Source: Desulfomonilia bacterium
GTDB lineage: Bacteria; Desulfobacterota; Desulfomonilia; UBA1062
DNA: 64,000 nt
Assembly (NCBI GenBank): GCA_050014195.1
Contig: JBEKDT010000014.1
Location: 64,001 to 128,000, forward strand
Direction of reading: 5' to 3'
Shown here in pieces: positions 20,918-30,939 of this stretch. The notes beneath the pieces are model-generated. The model saw nothing but the letters and a program-made list of their open reading frames with translations. It did no database searches and had not been told where the DNA came from. Position 1 is the stretch's first letter. Every line of letters starts with the position of its first letter. A program made the position numbers and the translations under genes.

Positions 20918-21204
20918 AGGACGAAAACAAAAGTATAAAAAAGGCCATTGCCTTGAAATACGAACGGGGAAAAGACCTGGCACCAAAGGTCAAGGCTAAG
21001 GGCAAGGGGGCCGTGGCTGATAAGATTCTTGCCCTGGCCAGGGAGCACGGGGTCCCCATTGAGAAGGATTCCGCATTGCTGGAAGCGCTCTACCGCCTTG
21101 ATATAAACGAAGAGATCCCCGAGGAGCTCTATCAGGTTGTGGCAGAGCTCCTTGCGTTCATCTATCGAATGAATGCCCTCAAGAAGGGCAGGGCCTCAGG
21201 ATAA
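20914..21204 (+). CDS. FlhB C-terminal-like protein (EscU/YscU/HrcU family)
   Basis: AIALKY...APKVKAKGKG...EEIPEELYQVVAELL. Confidence 0.9.
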   Translation: MKDENKSIKKAIALKYERGKDLAPKVKAKGKGAVADKILALAREHGVPIEKDSALLEALYRLDINEEIPEELYQVVAELLAFIYRMNALKKGRASG

Positions 21205-21256
21205 TAAATTCACAGTCCAACATTATTTCTGGTAATAATATTTCCAGAGGTTATCA

Positions 21257-21703
21257 GTGAGCAAAGTCTTATCTCATGGAATGATTATTCTTTTATTCTT
21301 TATTCCCGGATGCTGCAGCATTATTAATACGACCAAACAAAACATTGATGTAATCAGCATTCCACCTGGTGCATTGGTTACTGTAAATGGCGTTCAGAAA
21401 GGGGTCACTCCTATAACACTAGAATTGAAACGTAATGGGAATCATAAAATCTCATTAGCAATGGACGGATACCAACCATATGAAATTACTACAATGAGGG
21501 ACCCAAGCTTATGGATATTAGGGGACCTTCTGTTTTTTTTAAGTCTGCCTGTTATTGTCATCGATGCCTTTGATGGGGCAGTTTACAATATTGAACCAAC
21601 TATTATAAAAGCCCAATTACTCAAGATAGATGATGATATAGTGTTTTTAAAACAAGATAAAGAAACACTGGTTAAAGATAATAATTTTTCACGTAATGAA
21701 TAA
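21257..21703 (+). CDS. PEGA-domain lipoprotein
   Basis: SIPPGALVTVNG...GVTP motif; Cys after the signal peptide; AT-rich. Confidence 0.75.
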   Translation: MSKVLSHGMIILLFFIPGCCSIINTTKQNIDVISIPPGALVTVNGVQKGVTPITLELKRNGNHKISLAMDGYQPYEITTMRDPSLWILGDLLFFLSLPVIVIDAFDGAVYNIEPTIIKAQLLKIDDDIVFLKQDKETLVKDNNFSRNE

Positions 21704-21993
21704 ATCGCCTGCATGGCTCCAGTAATATCTTGTGAAAAGAGAAAGAATGTTTTATAGAATTTTGCCAAGGATACATAAGGACTTATGGATCAGAACCAAC
21801 AGTATATGACAAAAACTTATGCTATAAAATAATATCACATGTATCGGAGTTAATATTATTGGTCCCTTGCTTGGCCAGAACCATGAATTATAATAGTAGG
21901 AGTGTTTAATATATTTATATAAACAGAACTGTATACACATAATAAATGGGAAGTTCGGCGGTAAGCCTTAAAATAGTATAGTAAGGAGGGAAA

Positions 21994-22302
21994 ATGAGGA
22001 AAATGTTTATTCTTGTTGTTGTTGCAGTTTGTTTTATCATAACAGGCTGCGCAACTTCGATGCCTGTTGGTTGTCTTTACACAGAGTTGAAACTTCCCGT
22101 AGCAGCAACAGGAGAAGTTACAAAGAACAAGGTAGGTGTAGCTGAATGTACAAGCATCCTTGGCCTTGTGGCTACAGGAGATGCAAGTATTGAGGCAGCC
22201 ATGAAAAACGGTGGAATCACTAAAATCAGCCATGTAGATTGGGAAGCAAAGAATATCCTGGGGATTATTGGTACTTACAAGGTAGTAGTATACGGCCAAT
22301 AG
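21994..22302 (+). CDS. TRL-like family lipoprotein
   Basis: ITGC lipobox; GVAECTSILGLVATGDASIEAAMKNGGITKISHVD. Confidence 0.85.
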   Translation: MRKMFILVVVAVCFIITGCATSMPVGCLYTELKLPVAATGEVTKNKVGVAECTSILGLVATGDASIEAAMKNGGITKISHVDWEAKNILGIIGTYKVVVYGQ

Positions 22303-22328
22303 CATATCTGATCGGACCGTCGAATTTC

Positions 22329-22389
22329 CCCAATAAAGACTTCTGCGAAAACACATTGTTGATGTGTTTTCGCAGAAGTCTTTATTGGG
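22329..22389. repeat. perfect 28-bp inverted repeat with 5-nt loop
   Basis: CCCAATAAAGACTTCTGCGAAAACACAT-tgttg-ATGTGTTTTCGCAGAAGTCTTTATTGGG. Confidence 0.95.
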
Positions 22390-22729
22390 ACGTGAACAGT
22401 ATTTCACACAGGGAACGGTTACGGCCGTTCCCTGATCATGGTTTCTAATCTCCAAATCTCCCTTTCACAATCTTGAAGGCCTCGTCCGCCACCTCAAGAT
22501 TCTATACGCCTGAGAAGCGGCTTGTGGGGATCTCAGAGAATGATTACACCAACAAGACCATAGCGGATTTATACCACGCATCGAAACCCGGGACGGTTTT
22601 TGAAGGCCGGATTAAACTTATCCCCTACAAATATGGTGACGGTCCCACATATAATTATTTGCTGCAGTCAAACAGATTGCTGGTCCATTGTGTTGTTTTA
22701 CAACTTAACCCAATGATACATTGATGCTT

Positions 22730-23821
22730 CTATCTGAAGTGTATCACCATGATGTCATTGTCCCTCAGGATGAACTCCTTGCCCTCGATGAGGATAGCGC
22801 CGGCATCACGGGCGCCGTGGATCCCACCATATTTCTGAAAGTCATCGAGTGATATGACATCCGCCTTAATAAAACCCTGCTGGATGTCGGTATGGATAAG
22901 CCCTGCTGCTTCATAAGCAGTGCCGCCTTTCTTTAGGGTCCATGCCCGCAGCTCTTTGCCGACCGGGGTGTAGAAGGTTATGAGATCCAGCAGCTCATAG
23001 CAGGTGCCGATGAGTTCCTGGGTGCCGGATCGCTTGATGCCGACGGATTCCAAAAACTCTTTTCGCTCGGCATCATCGAGCTCCGATGCCTCCAGCTCGA
23101 ACTTTGAACAGACAGGGACGACCTTCTTGCCCTTTTTCTCTCCCCAGGCCTTCAGGTTATCAAGGTGGACCGATCCAATAGTCAGGTCATCCTCCCCGAC
23201 GTTCGCCACGATAATGTAGGGTTTGGCAGTGAGGAGCCCTAACGCCTTCATCTCACCCTGATCAAAGGGGATACCGGTGTCGATGATACAGGAACCCTTA
23301 GTGAGTGCGTCCTGGATGGCTTCCAGATGTTCAATCTCACCTGCAGCAATGTCCTTCTTGCCGAGTTTGAGGCCTTTTTTGAGGTTTTCCAGACGCTTCT
23401 GGACAAGGTCCAGGTCGGCCATGACCAGCTCTGTGAGGATGATCTCAATGTCGTTAACGGGATTGATGTCGGTGTAGACATGGCTGACGTTTGCATCCTG
23501 GAAGCACCTGACCACGTGGATAATGGCATCCACCCCCCTGATCTGGCCCAAGAACTGGTTTCCAAGACCTTCGCCCTTATAAGCCCCTTTGACGAGCCCT
23601 GCGATATCGAAAAGTTTTAATGTGGTAGGAGTTATCTTTTCCGGTTTAATGATCCGGGCAATTGTCTCAAGGTTCTCATCAGGCACATTTACAATCCCGA
23701 TGTTGGGGTCAATGGTGCAGAACGGATAGTTCTCCGCCGGTGCATTTGCCTTGGTGATGAGGTTGAAGAGGGTGGATTTGCCCGCATTAGGCAGTCCGAC
23801 AATGCCGCAGGTAAAGCTCAT
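22730..23821 (-). CDS. ychF: redox-regulated ATPase YchF
   Basis: GIVGLPNAGKSTLFN, NYPFCTIDPN, DIAGLVKGA, GEGLGNQFL, AAGLIHTD. Confidence 0.96.
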   Translation of the reverse strand: MSFTCGIVGLPNAGKSTLFNLITKANAPAENYPFCTIDPNIGIVNVPDENLETIARIIKPEKITPTTLKLFDIAGLVKGAYKGEGLGNQFLGQIRGVDAIIHVVRCFQDANVSHVYTDINPVNDIEIILTELVMADLDLVQKRLENLKKGLKLGKKDIAAGEIEHLEAIQDALTKGSCIIDTGIPFDQGEMKALGLLTAKPYIIVANVGEDDLTIGSVHLDNLKAWGEKKGKKVVPVCSKFELEASELDDAERKEFLESVGIKRSGTQELIGTCYELLDLITFYTPVGKELRAWTLKKGGTAYEAAGLIHTDIQQGFIKADVISLDDFQKYGGIHGARDAGAILIEGKEFILRDNDIMVIHFR

Positions 23822-23830
23822 ATCAATGCC

Positions 23831-24325
23831 TTAAAGCGCACGGTAATCTATTCGAGCCAGAAACGCCCCCAGCAGATCGCATATCATGGATGCGATGAGC
23901 ATATCATCCTTTGTGAATCCCCCGGCTGCCTTGTCGGCAAGGTTCAAAATGCCGAGAACCTTTTCCTTTTGCCTTATGAGGATGCACATGAACGACTTGG
24001 TGGAATACTTTTCTTTGTTCTGCAGCCCTATCTCCTCCTCGATATCTTTGATGATGAGTGAGCTGTTGCGGGCAAGGGCCAGGTTCATGATGCTGTCCCG
24101 CTGGGAGCCGACCGAGATGAAAGGGTCTTGCCCGATGTCGATGTGGTTATGGGCCTTGATTTCAAGATCCCCGGAGGAGGGGTTTCTCGTGAAGAGCGAG
24201 CAGTATTTGGCATCCAGTACCTTTGGCAGATGATTTACCACGGTGTCGAGTATAGTCGGCAGGTCTTCGGCTTCGTTGAGATATCTGGCCATTTCATAGA
24301 GTGTTTCCAGGTAGGGTCTCTCCAT
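23831..24325 (-). CDS. stand-alone GAF-domain protein
   Basis: SFMCILI...VLGILNLADK...FTKDD GAF pattern. Confidence 0.8.
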   Translation of the reverse strand: MERPYLETLYEMARYLNEAEDLPTILDTVVNHLPKVLDAKYCSLFTRNPSSGDLEIKAHNHIDIGQDPFISVGSQRDSIMNLALARNSSLIIKDIEEEIGLQNKEKYSTKSFMCILIRQKEKVLGILNLADKAAGGFTKDDMLIASMICDLLGAFLARIDYRAL

Positions 24326-24455
24326 AACTCACCTCCATATAAGTAACCTTCTTACCATATCGGCCTTAGGTGAGTCATGTGTGAATATTCATAAATTATG
24401 GTTCATCACAGTAAAGCATACTCGGATCATTGAAGAGCACACAAAAGGGATATTC

Positions 24456-24575
24456 CACCACGAAGGACACGAAGGAAAGAATCCTCTTGAAATCTCTGAC
24501 CGGGGGAAAGGAAGCCAACAACGTCCGTCCTGCAGTTCTTAGATTTTTTTCGTGCTCTTCGTGTCCTTCGTGGTG
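24456..24575. repeat. REP-like inverted repeat pair
   Basis: CACCACGAAGGACACGAAG (24456-24474) and its perfect reverse complement (24557-24575). Confidence 0.8.
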
Positions 24576-24830
24576 AGAACAATGGGCTGGGAAGAGGATG
24601 CAAACCATAAAAGTATGCTTCACAGAGAAGAACCTAAATTATTCTATGATAATGGTAGGACCGGATACATCGGTTTTATTGCCTGACGCATCCCTACATT
24701 AATGACCATAATGAGGTCTGAACAAAAAGAATAACAGATATTTGGTGTCTTGCAATTATTTTCCTCTACATCCCTGCTATTAGAGGCTTGACTTTGATAG
24801 GCAGCATAGATGTATAATCCTTAGGGGATA

Positions 24831-25061
24831 ATGGAAGGAGACTATCTTTTGGAGATACTCGAGATCCTTGAAGAAAAGATATACGAATTAGTCGAAACAG
24901 TGAATAGCCTGAAAAAAACAAATGAAGAATTGACTATTAAGCTCAAAGAAAAGGAGGAAGAGGCAAGAGGGTTAAAGCGGGAGATGGACAATCTCTTGGG
25001 AGAGAAAGAACAGGTCAAACAGAAGGTGGCACACCTGATCAAGTGCGTGGAAGTATTGTAA
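24831..25061 (+). CDS. ZapB-like coiled-coil cell division protein
   Basis: LEILEEKI heptads; directly upstream of zapA. Confidence 0.7.
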   Translation: MEGDYLLEILEILEEKIYELVETVNSLKKTNEELTIKLKEKEEEARGLKREMDNLLGEKEQVKQKVAHLIKCVEVL

Positions 25062-25065
25062 GATT

Positions 25066-25347
25066 TTGTACGACACAGTAACCATACAGATACTCGGGCA
25101 GGAATATAAGGTGAAGGCTGGGGGGGACACGAGCCACATTCAGTCATTGTCGAGATATATCAATGAGAAGGTGTTTGATGTTCAGCAAAGAGGCACTGCA
25201 GTGACGACAACGGAACTGGTGGCAATGGTCATGTTGCATATGGCCGATGATGTGGCAAAGACACGTCAGGAACTGGAGACAGTAAAACGTACGTTTACGG
25301 AAAAGATAGATCAGCTGATAGCACATATTGACAAGGCAACGAAATGA
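25066..25347 (+). CDS. zapA: cell division protein ZapA
   Basis: VTIQILGQEYKV...YINEKV...MLHMADD; conserved zapA-6S-ygfA-rny order. Confidence 0.85.
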   Translation: MYDTVTIQILGQEYKVKAGGDTSHIQSLSRYINEKVFDVQQRGTAVTTTELVAMVMLHMADDVAKTRQELETVKRTFTEKIDQLIAHIDKATK

Positions 25348-25361
25348 AGAAGATACGGCCA

Positions 25362-25590
25362 GCCCCGGCCCTGATGCAATACCTCCCGAGTCATCGAGGA
25401 TATGGGACATCGCCATGACTCATGTTGGGAAAAGGGTTTTGCGCTAAGAGGAAAACCTAACTTGTAAGCACATACGGCGAGCGAAGCAAGACCTCATAAG
25501 GTCTTCATACGATCCTGTGTCGGTATAGCCTCAATAGAGGTTTCCTTGCGAAATCTTAATCTTCCACACATCCCCTTCTTGAACCGGGGG
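25362..25590 (+). ncRNA. ssrS: probable 6S RNA (boundaries approximate)
   Basis: Non-coding gap between zapA and 5-FTHF cyclo-ligase, the conserved 6S position; closing stem CCCCGG/CCGGGG and internal pairing GAGGAAAACCT/AGGTTTCCTT. Confidence 0.65.
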
Positions 25591-25593
25591 AAT

Positions 25594-26148
25594 ATGCAGA
25601 GCAAGTCGGAAATACGCAAAGCAATGCTTGCGAGACGTCAAGCAATTGCCGAGGGTGAGCGGATACGCCACGAACAGGCGATTATTGAGCACATCCAGGC
25701 ACTGCCATGTTTTGCTAAAGCGGCCTCCATGGCTCTGTACATGCCCGTTAAGGGGGAGGTAAGCCTGCTTTCCCTGTGGCGACCTGGTGAAAGACTGATT
25801 CTCTTTCCAAAGGTATCGAATGAAATTCTCGTCTTTTCATCTGCCGTATCAAAAGAGGATTTTAGGCAGGGGGCTTACGGAATTCCTGAGCCCATCTCAA
25901 GCAGAAACATGGAAATAAGCGAGATCGATGTGATTTTTGTCCCGGGAATTGCCTTTGACCCGTACGGCCACCGGCTTGGGTACGGGAAAGGCTATTACGA
26001 CAGGCTGATCGGAAAGCATCCGGACGTAACCTTTATCGGTGTTTGTTCGGATGAATTCTGCATCGAAAGCCTGCCGGTTGACCCCTGGGATACACGAGTC
26101 GATTTCGTGGTATCCCAAGCCGGAATATATAAAAGTGAGGTGGAATGA
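25594..26148 (+). CDS. 5-formyltetrahydrofolate cyclo-ligase
   Basis: KSEIRK, YGIPEP, VPGIAFD...RLGYGKGYYDR, DPWD. Confidence 0.95.
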   Translation: MQSKSEIRKAMLARRQAIAEGERIRHEQAIIEHIQALPCFAKAASMALYMPVKGEVSLLSLWRPGERLILFPKVSNEILVFSSAVSKEDFRQGAYGIPEPISSRNMEISEIDVIFVPGIAFDPYGHRLGYGKGYYDRLIGKHPDVTFIGVCSDEFCIESLPVDPWDTRVDFVVSQAGIYKSEVE

Positions 26149-27698
26149 TGGAACTTGTATACATAATCATAGCACTGATTGCCGGTGCTGCAATCGGGTT
26201 CGTCGTGAACCTTTTTATCAAGGGCAAAGCCATCCATGATGCAAAAATAGAGTCTGCAGGCAGAATCGAAGATGCTGGAAAGAAGGCGGCAAACATTATC
26301 TCAGATTCACAGCTTGAGGCAAAGGAGATCATCTTCGCCGCCAAGACCCAGAGCGATGCAGAGGCCAAGGAACGCCTGAAAGAAGTATCAGCCATAGAAA
26401 AAAGGATCCACCAGCGCGAGGAGATGATCGATAACAAGCTCGTCCAGTTCGATAAGCGTGAACAGGAGATCAGAAAGAACGAACAGTCAATCACCGACAG
26501 GACAAAGTACCTTGATAACATGAAGGCCGAAGTTGAAACCCTTAGGGTCCAGCAGATTCAGAAACTTGAGCAGATCAGCGGCATGGACTCAAGGCAGGCC
26601 AAGGAGGAGCTCATACAATCGCTTGAGAGCGAGGCAAGGCATGAGGCGGCTAAGCTCTTAAAACAGATCCAGGACGAGGCCGAGGCGGAAGCGGACAAGC
26701 GTGCCAAGAGGATCCTGTCCACCGCCATCCAGCGATATTCCACCGATGTAGTGAGTGCCCGGACGGTCTCGGTAGTGAACCTGCCGAGCGAGGAGATGAA
26801 AGGCCGCATTATCGGCCGTGAAGGGCGCAATATCCGCTCCTTAGAGGCTGTTACCGGTGTGGACCTCATCATCGACGACACCCCTGACGCCGTGATTCTA
26901 TCCAGTTTCGACCCTATCAAGCGAGAGATCGCACGGCTCTCCCTGGAGACACTCGTAGTAGACGGCAGGATCCACCCATCACGCATTGAGGATGTGGTGG
27001 AGAAAGTCACCAAGGAGATCAATGACAATATCTGGGAGGCCGGGCAACAGGCCACCTTCGAACTCGGCCTGCACGGGATAAACCCAGAGCTTATCAAGCT
27101 GATTGGGAAACTCAAATATCGCACGAGCTTCTCCCAGAATGTGTACCAGCATTCCCTGGAGGTTTCACACCTCTGCGGCATCATCGCTGCGGAATTGGGT
27201 GTGAACCAGAAGACCGCCAAGCGAGTAGGTCTGTTGCACGACATTGGAAAGGCCGTGGACCACGAAGTGGAGGGCTCGCACGCCATCATAGGCGCTGATA
27301 TCGCGAAGCGTTATGGTGAGTCCACCAAGGTGGTGGAGGCCATAGCCTCCCACCATAATGAGGCGCAGGTGAATTCCGTTTACGCATTCCTTGTGCAGGC
27401 TGCCGACTCCCTCTCCGCGGCCAGGCCCGGCGCCAGACGGGAGATGCTGGAAAACTACATCAAGAGACTCACCGAGCTCGAGGGGATCGCATGCTCCTTT
27501 GAAGGGGTATCCAAGGCATTCGCCGTCCAGGCAGGGAGAGAGGTGCGCGTCATGGTGGATGTGGAGAAGATCAGCGATGAAGGTGCCGACCTGATCGCCC
27601 AGGACATTACCAAGGCCATCGAGGAAAAGCTTACCTATCCCGGCCAGATCCGGGTGGTAGTGATTCGCGAGAGCAGGGCGGTGCGTTTCGCCAAATAA
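26145..27698 (+). CDS. rny: ribonuclease Y
   Basis: TM plus coiled coil, KH motif KGRIIGREGRNIR, HD motif LLHDIGK, ARPGARRE. Confidence 0.97.
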   Translation: MMELVYIIIALIAGAAIGFVVNLFIKGKAIHDAKIESAGRIEDAGKKAANIISDSQLEAKEIIFAAKTQSDAEAKERLKEVSAIEKRIHQREEMIDNKLVQFDKREQEIRKNEQSITDRTKYLDNMKAEVETLRVQQIQKLEQISGMDSRQAKEELIQSLESEARHEAAKLLKQIQDEAEAEADKRAKRILSTAIQRYSTDVVSARTVSVVNLPSEEMKGRIIGREGRNIRSLEAVTGVDLIIDDTPDAVILSSFDPIKREIARLSLETLVVDGRIHPSRIEDVVEKVTKEINDNIWEAGQQATFELGLHGINPELIKLIGKLKYRTSFSQNVYQHSLEVSHLCGIIAAELGVNQKTAKRVGLLHDIGKAVDHEVEGSHAIIGADIAKRYGESTKVVEAIASHHNEAQVNSVYAFLVQAADSLSAARPGARREMLENYIKRLTELEGIACSFEGVSKAFAVQAGREVRVMVDVEKISDEGADLIAQDITKAIEEKLTYPGQIRVVVIRESRAVRFAK

Positions 27699-27841
27699 GA
27701 ATTTTATCGGGGATTTAAGTCTTGCTCGTGGGCAACGGTAAAGAGCCCGCCTGATCGAGTCCCTTGCGGTATAGGGAAGGAGGGCGGCCGTGAGCGGTTA
27801 AAAAAAGCAAGACCTGACCCGTTCAAGGAAAGGGGTATATC

Positions 27842-29029
27842 GTGTTAGAGCAACAACTGGCTGAACTCAAACGGGGCATCGTTGACATCGTTTCTGAAGA
27901 AGAGCTCATAACCAAGCTTAAGAAGGGCAGGCCGCTGAAGATCAAAGTGGGATTCGACCCGACTGCCCCGGATATACACCTGGGGCATACGGTCGTACTC
28001 CAGAAGATGCGGCAGTTCCAGGATGCCGGGCACGATGTGATCTGCCTCATCGGTGATTTTACCGGCATGATCGGCGACCCGAGCGGTAGGAGCAGCACAA
28101 GGCCGCCGCTCACCCGGCAGGAGGTCTTGGAAAATGCAAAGACCTACCAGGAACAGGTGAAGAAGATTCTCGACCCCAAGCGCACGATTATGAGGTTCAA
28201 CTCCGAATGGATGGATAATATGGTTGTTGCCGATTTCATCAAGCTCACCTCAGTTCAGACGGTTGCCAGGATGCTGGAGCGGGACGACTTCAAAAAGCGT
28301 TTTCAATCGCAGCACCCCATCAGCATCCACGAGTTTCTCTATCCCTTTGTCCAGGGCTATGATTCCGTGGCGTTAGAGGCCGATGTGGAGCTGGGCGGCA
28401 CCGACCAGGTCTTCAACCTGCTCATGGGCCGCGAGGTACAGAAGGCATACCACCAGGAGCCCCAGGTCATCATGACCCTGCCGCTGCTGGAAGGTACTGA
28501 CGGCGTCCAGAAGATGAGCAAGTCCTATAATAACTACATCGGAGTGGATGATGCCCCTTCCGACATGTATGGCAAGGTCATGTCCATCTCGGATGAGCTC
28601 ATGTGGAAGTATTATGAACTGCTCAGCTCAAGGACAATTCCGCAGATCGAAGGGATGAAGCAGGCTGTTGAAACGAGTACGCTGCATCCCATGGATGCCA
28701 AGATGAAGCTGGCTTATGAGATGGTTGAGCGGTTCCATGGCAGGGCCCATGCGGATGCAGCCAGGGATGGTTTTGTGAAGGTGTTCAAATCCCGCGAACT
28801 GCCTGAAGATATGCCTGTTCTCACCCTCAATATCGAAAGGCCGTGGATTTGTGCCGTTCTCAAGGAGGCAGGACTTGTGGCAGGAACCTCTGAGGCTAGG
28901 CGTATGATCTCCCAGGGGGCTGTCCAGATCAATGAAGAAAAGATCATTGATGGTGAGTATGTCCTCTCGAAGGGCAGCCATATCATCAAAGTGGGCAAGC
29001 GCAGATACGCTAGGGTGGAGATAGTCTAA
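27842..29029 (+). CDS. tyrS: tyrosine--tRNA ligase
   Basis: [24 protein letters not shown]-terminal S4 domain. Confidence 0.97.
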   Translation: MLEQQLAELKRGIVDIVSEEELITKLKKGRPLKIKVGFDPTAPDIHLGHTVVLQKMRQFQDAGHDVICLIGDFTGMIGDPSGRSSTRPPLTRQEVLENAKTYQEQVKKILDPKRTIMRFNSEWMDNMVVADFIKLTSVQTVARMLERDDFKKRFQSQHPISIHEFLYPFVQGYDSVALEADVELGGTDQVFNLLMGREVQKAYHQEPQVIMTLPLLEGTDGVQKMSKSYNNYIGVDDAPSDMYGKVMSISDELMWKYYELLSSRTIPQIEGMKQAVETSTLHPMDAKMKLAYEMVERFHGRAHADAARDGFVKVFKSRELPEDMPVLTLNIERPWICAVLKEAGLVAGTSEARRMISQGAVQINEEKIIDGEYVLSKGSHIIKVGKRRYARVEIV

Positions 29030-29094
29030 AGGGCCTGACCTGGATACCTCGATACGGGTATGGGGTCGGGGTGAGAGGTGATTGTCACACGGTG

Positions 29095-29643
29095 TTACTC
29101 GTCTTGGAGGATAACCTTTGACAAGTCTGGCCTGGCCCGAGGGAGGGTGATTTGTATTCGAGTCCCGGCAGGTCCGCTTGCAGGGTCGGCGTTTGATTCG
29201 ATGGTCAAATTGCCAGAATGTAATTTCACGGCCCCATAGGCGAACGGCAGCCCCAGGCCTGTCCCCTCACCAACGGGTTTTGTGGTGAAAAAGGGGGTGA
29301 AAAGCTTGTCCATATTCTCTCTCGAAATACCCCTGCCGGTATCTTGAATTATAATGACGACCTGGTCAACGCCACCTTGAACGCTTACAGCCAGTTCGCC
29401 TCCGTCCGGCATGGCCTCTATGGCATTGGTCTGAAGGTTCACCAGTGCCTTGAAGACCCGTTCTTCATCAATCCAAACCGAAGGGTCTGAAATATCCGTT
29501 GTCATTGATATTCGGATGTTATCCGGCTTTGGTAGGCTCCGGATGCTCTCTTCAGTCAGGGCGACGATATCCGTCTCCCTGCGTTTCAACCCCTGCAGGG
29601 CGGATTTTATATTTTCTTCATAATCAATGATATTCCTATCCAT
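29095..29643 (-). CDS. stand-alone histidine-kinase-like ATPase (HATPase_c) domain protein
   Basis: N box NLQTNAIEA, G1 DTGRGI, F box LFTPFFTTK, G2 GTGLGL; no HisKA or sensor domain. Confidence 0.8.
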   Translation of the reverse strand: MDRNIIDYEENIKSALQGLKRRETDIVALTEESIRSLPKPDNIRISMTTDISDPSVWIDEERVFKALVNLQTNAIEAMPDGGELAVSVQGGVDQVVIIIQDTGRGISRENMDKLFTPFFTTKPVGEGTGLGLPFAYGAVKLHSGNLTIESNADPASGPAGTRIQITLPRARPDLSKVILQDE

Positions 29644-30023
29644 GAGTCCTTCCTCAAGGATATCCTTTCAGAGTTAACCTTGCAACCATTAGCACATTTC
29701 TCTTCTCTATACCTTCCCATTGACTCCTTATGAATAAAGTACTATATATTTTTTGAACACACGAATACAACATAAGGCAGACAACATACGATTTTCCGTT
29801 TCCTATTTCAACAAACCAAGTCTGAGAGAGACAGATATAAGAAGAGGTTTGCCGATTTTCTCAATATTTTTCTTAAAGATCACATACATATTGCGTGGAT
29901 AAAGCTGAACGGTGAACCACCATTCAGTTTATTCTTGATGCCTAAGAGAATGCATGATAAGGAAATAGGCTCGAAAGAGTCACGACAATCAAAGAGACTT
30001 AATACGCGATAGGGGGGTTTACC

Positions 30024-30530
30024 GTGGCAGCGATTGATAGTACCCAGGCGAGTGCGGGGTTGGCGGAGTTCACCTCTGAGCAACTTGCGCAGGTTGACAA
30101 AATCATTGCAGATCACAAAGGAAAACCAGGTGCCCTGATCCCTGTTCTCGAGCAGGTTCAGGAAATAACCGGGTATCTACCCATGTCCATCCAGATGAGG
30201 GTGGCTGACGGTCTCAGCCTACCCGTAGCGAACGTGTTCGGTGTTGTCACGTTCTACTCCTTCTTCACCATGATCCCAAGAGGCAAGCATGTTATCCGCG
30301 TATGCCTCGGTACGGCTTGTTATGTGAGGGGCGGACAGAGGGTTTTGGACAGGGTGGGTGATATTCTCAAGATCGCCCCGGGCGAATGCACGGATGACAG
30401 GAACTTCTCCCTGGAGACGGTGCGTTGCCTCGGCGCATGCGGTCTTGCACCCGTGGTGGTTGTCGATGCCGACACCCATGGGCAGGTAAAACCGGCCAAA
30501 CTCGAGCAGACGCTCGCGAAGTATAACTAG
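30024..30530 (+). CDS. NuoE-like [2Fe-2S] subunit (HydC/HndA)
   Basis: VCLGTACYVRG...RCLGACGLAPV. Confidence 0.93.
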   Translation: MAAIDSTQASAGLAEFTSEQLAQVDKIIADHKGKPGALIPVLEQVQEITGYLPMSIQMRVADGLSLPVANVFGVVTFYSFFTMIPRGKHVIRVCLGTACYVRGGQRVLDRVGDILKIAPGECTDDRNFSLETVRCLGACGLAPVVVVDADTHGQVKPAKLEQTLAKYN

Positions 30531-30540
30531 AGGGGGCTCT

Positions 30541-30939
30541 ATGGCGAAGCTGACTATTGATGATCTGAAAAAGATAAAAGACAGGGTGGAGAAAGAGGAC
30601 CAGTTCAGGGCCGGTACGAAGCGCATCAAGCTCACCGTGCATATGGGCACCTGCGGTATCGCATCCGGCGCCAAGGAGATCCTTGACACCTTCATGAGCG
30701 AGATCAGTGAAAACAACGTTGGTGATATCCTTATCACCACCTCGGGTTGCATCGGCATCTGCAGCAGGGAGCCTTTGGCAACCCTCGAAGAGCAAGGCAA
30801 AGACGCAATCGTCTATGAATATCTAACCCCGAACAAGGCCAGGCAGATCTTCAAGCGCCATGTCATGAACGGCGAGGTGCAGAAGGATTTCGTCATGGCA
30901 CGGGGCACGGAACAAGACACGAAGGGGGTCCGTAAATGA
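30541..30939 (+). CDS. thioredoxin-like ferredoxin subunit (HydD/HndB)
   Basis: VHMGTCGIASGA...SGCIGICSREP. Confidence 0.88.
   Translation: MAKLTIDDLKKIKDRVEKEDQFRAGTKRIKLTVHMGTCGIASGAKEILDTFMSEISENNVGDILITTSGCIGICSREPLATLEEQGKDAIVYEYLTPNKARQIFKRHVMNGEVQKDFVMARGTEQDTKGVRK

Noticed and set aside
24456-24575. Possible CRISPR array
   Set aside because: Only one inverted pair; no regularly spaced direct repeats or cas genes seen in the window.
27700-27840. Possible T-box or other leader RNA before tyrS
   Set aside because: Some pairing is possible, but no T-box consensus or terminator is seen and the region is short.
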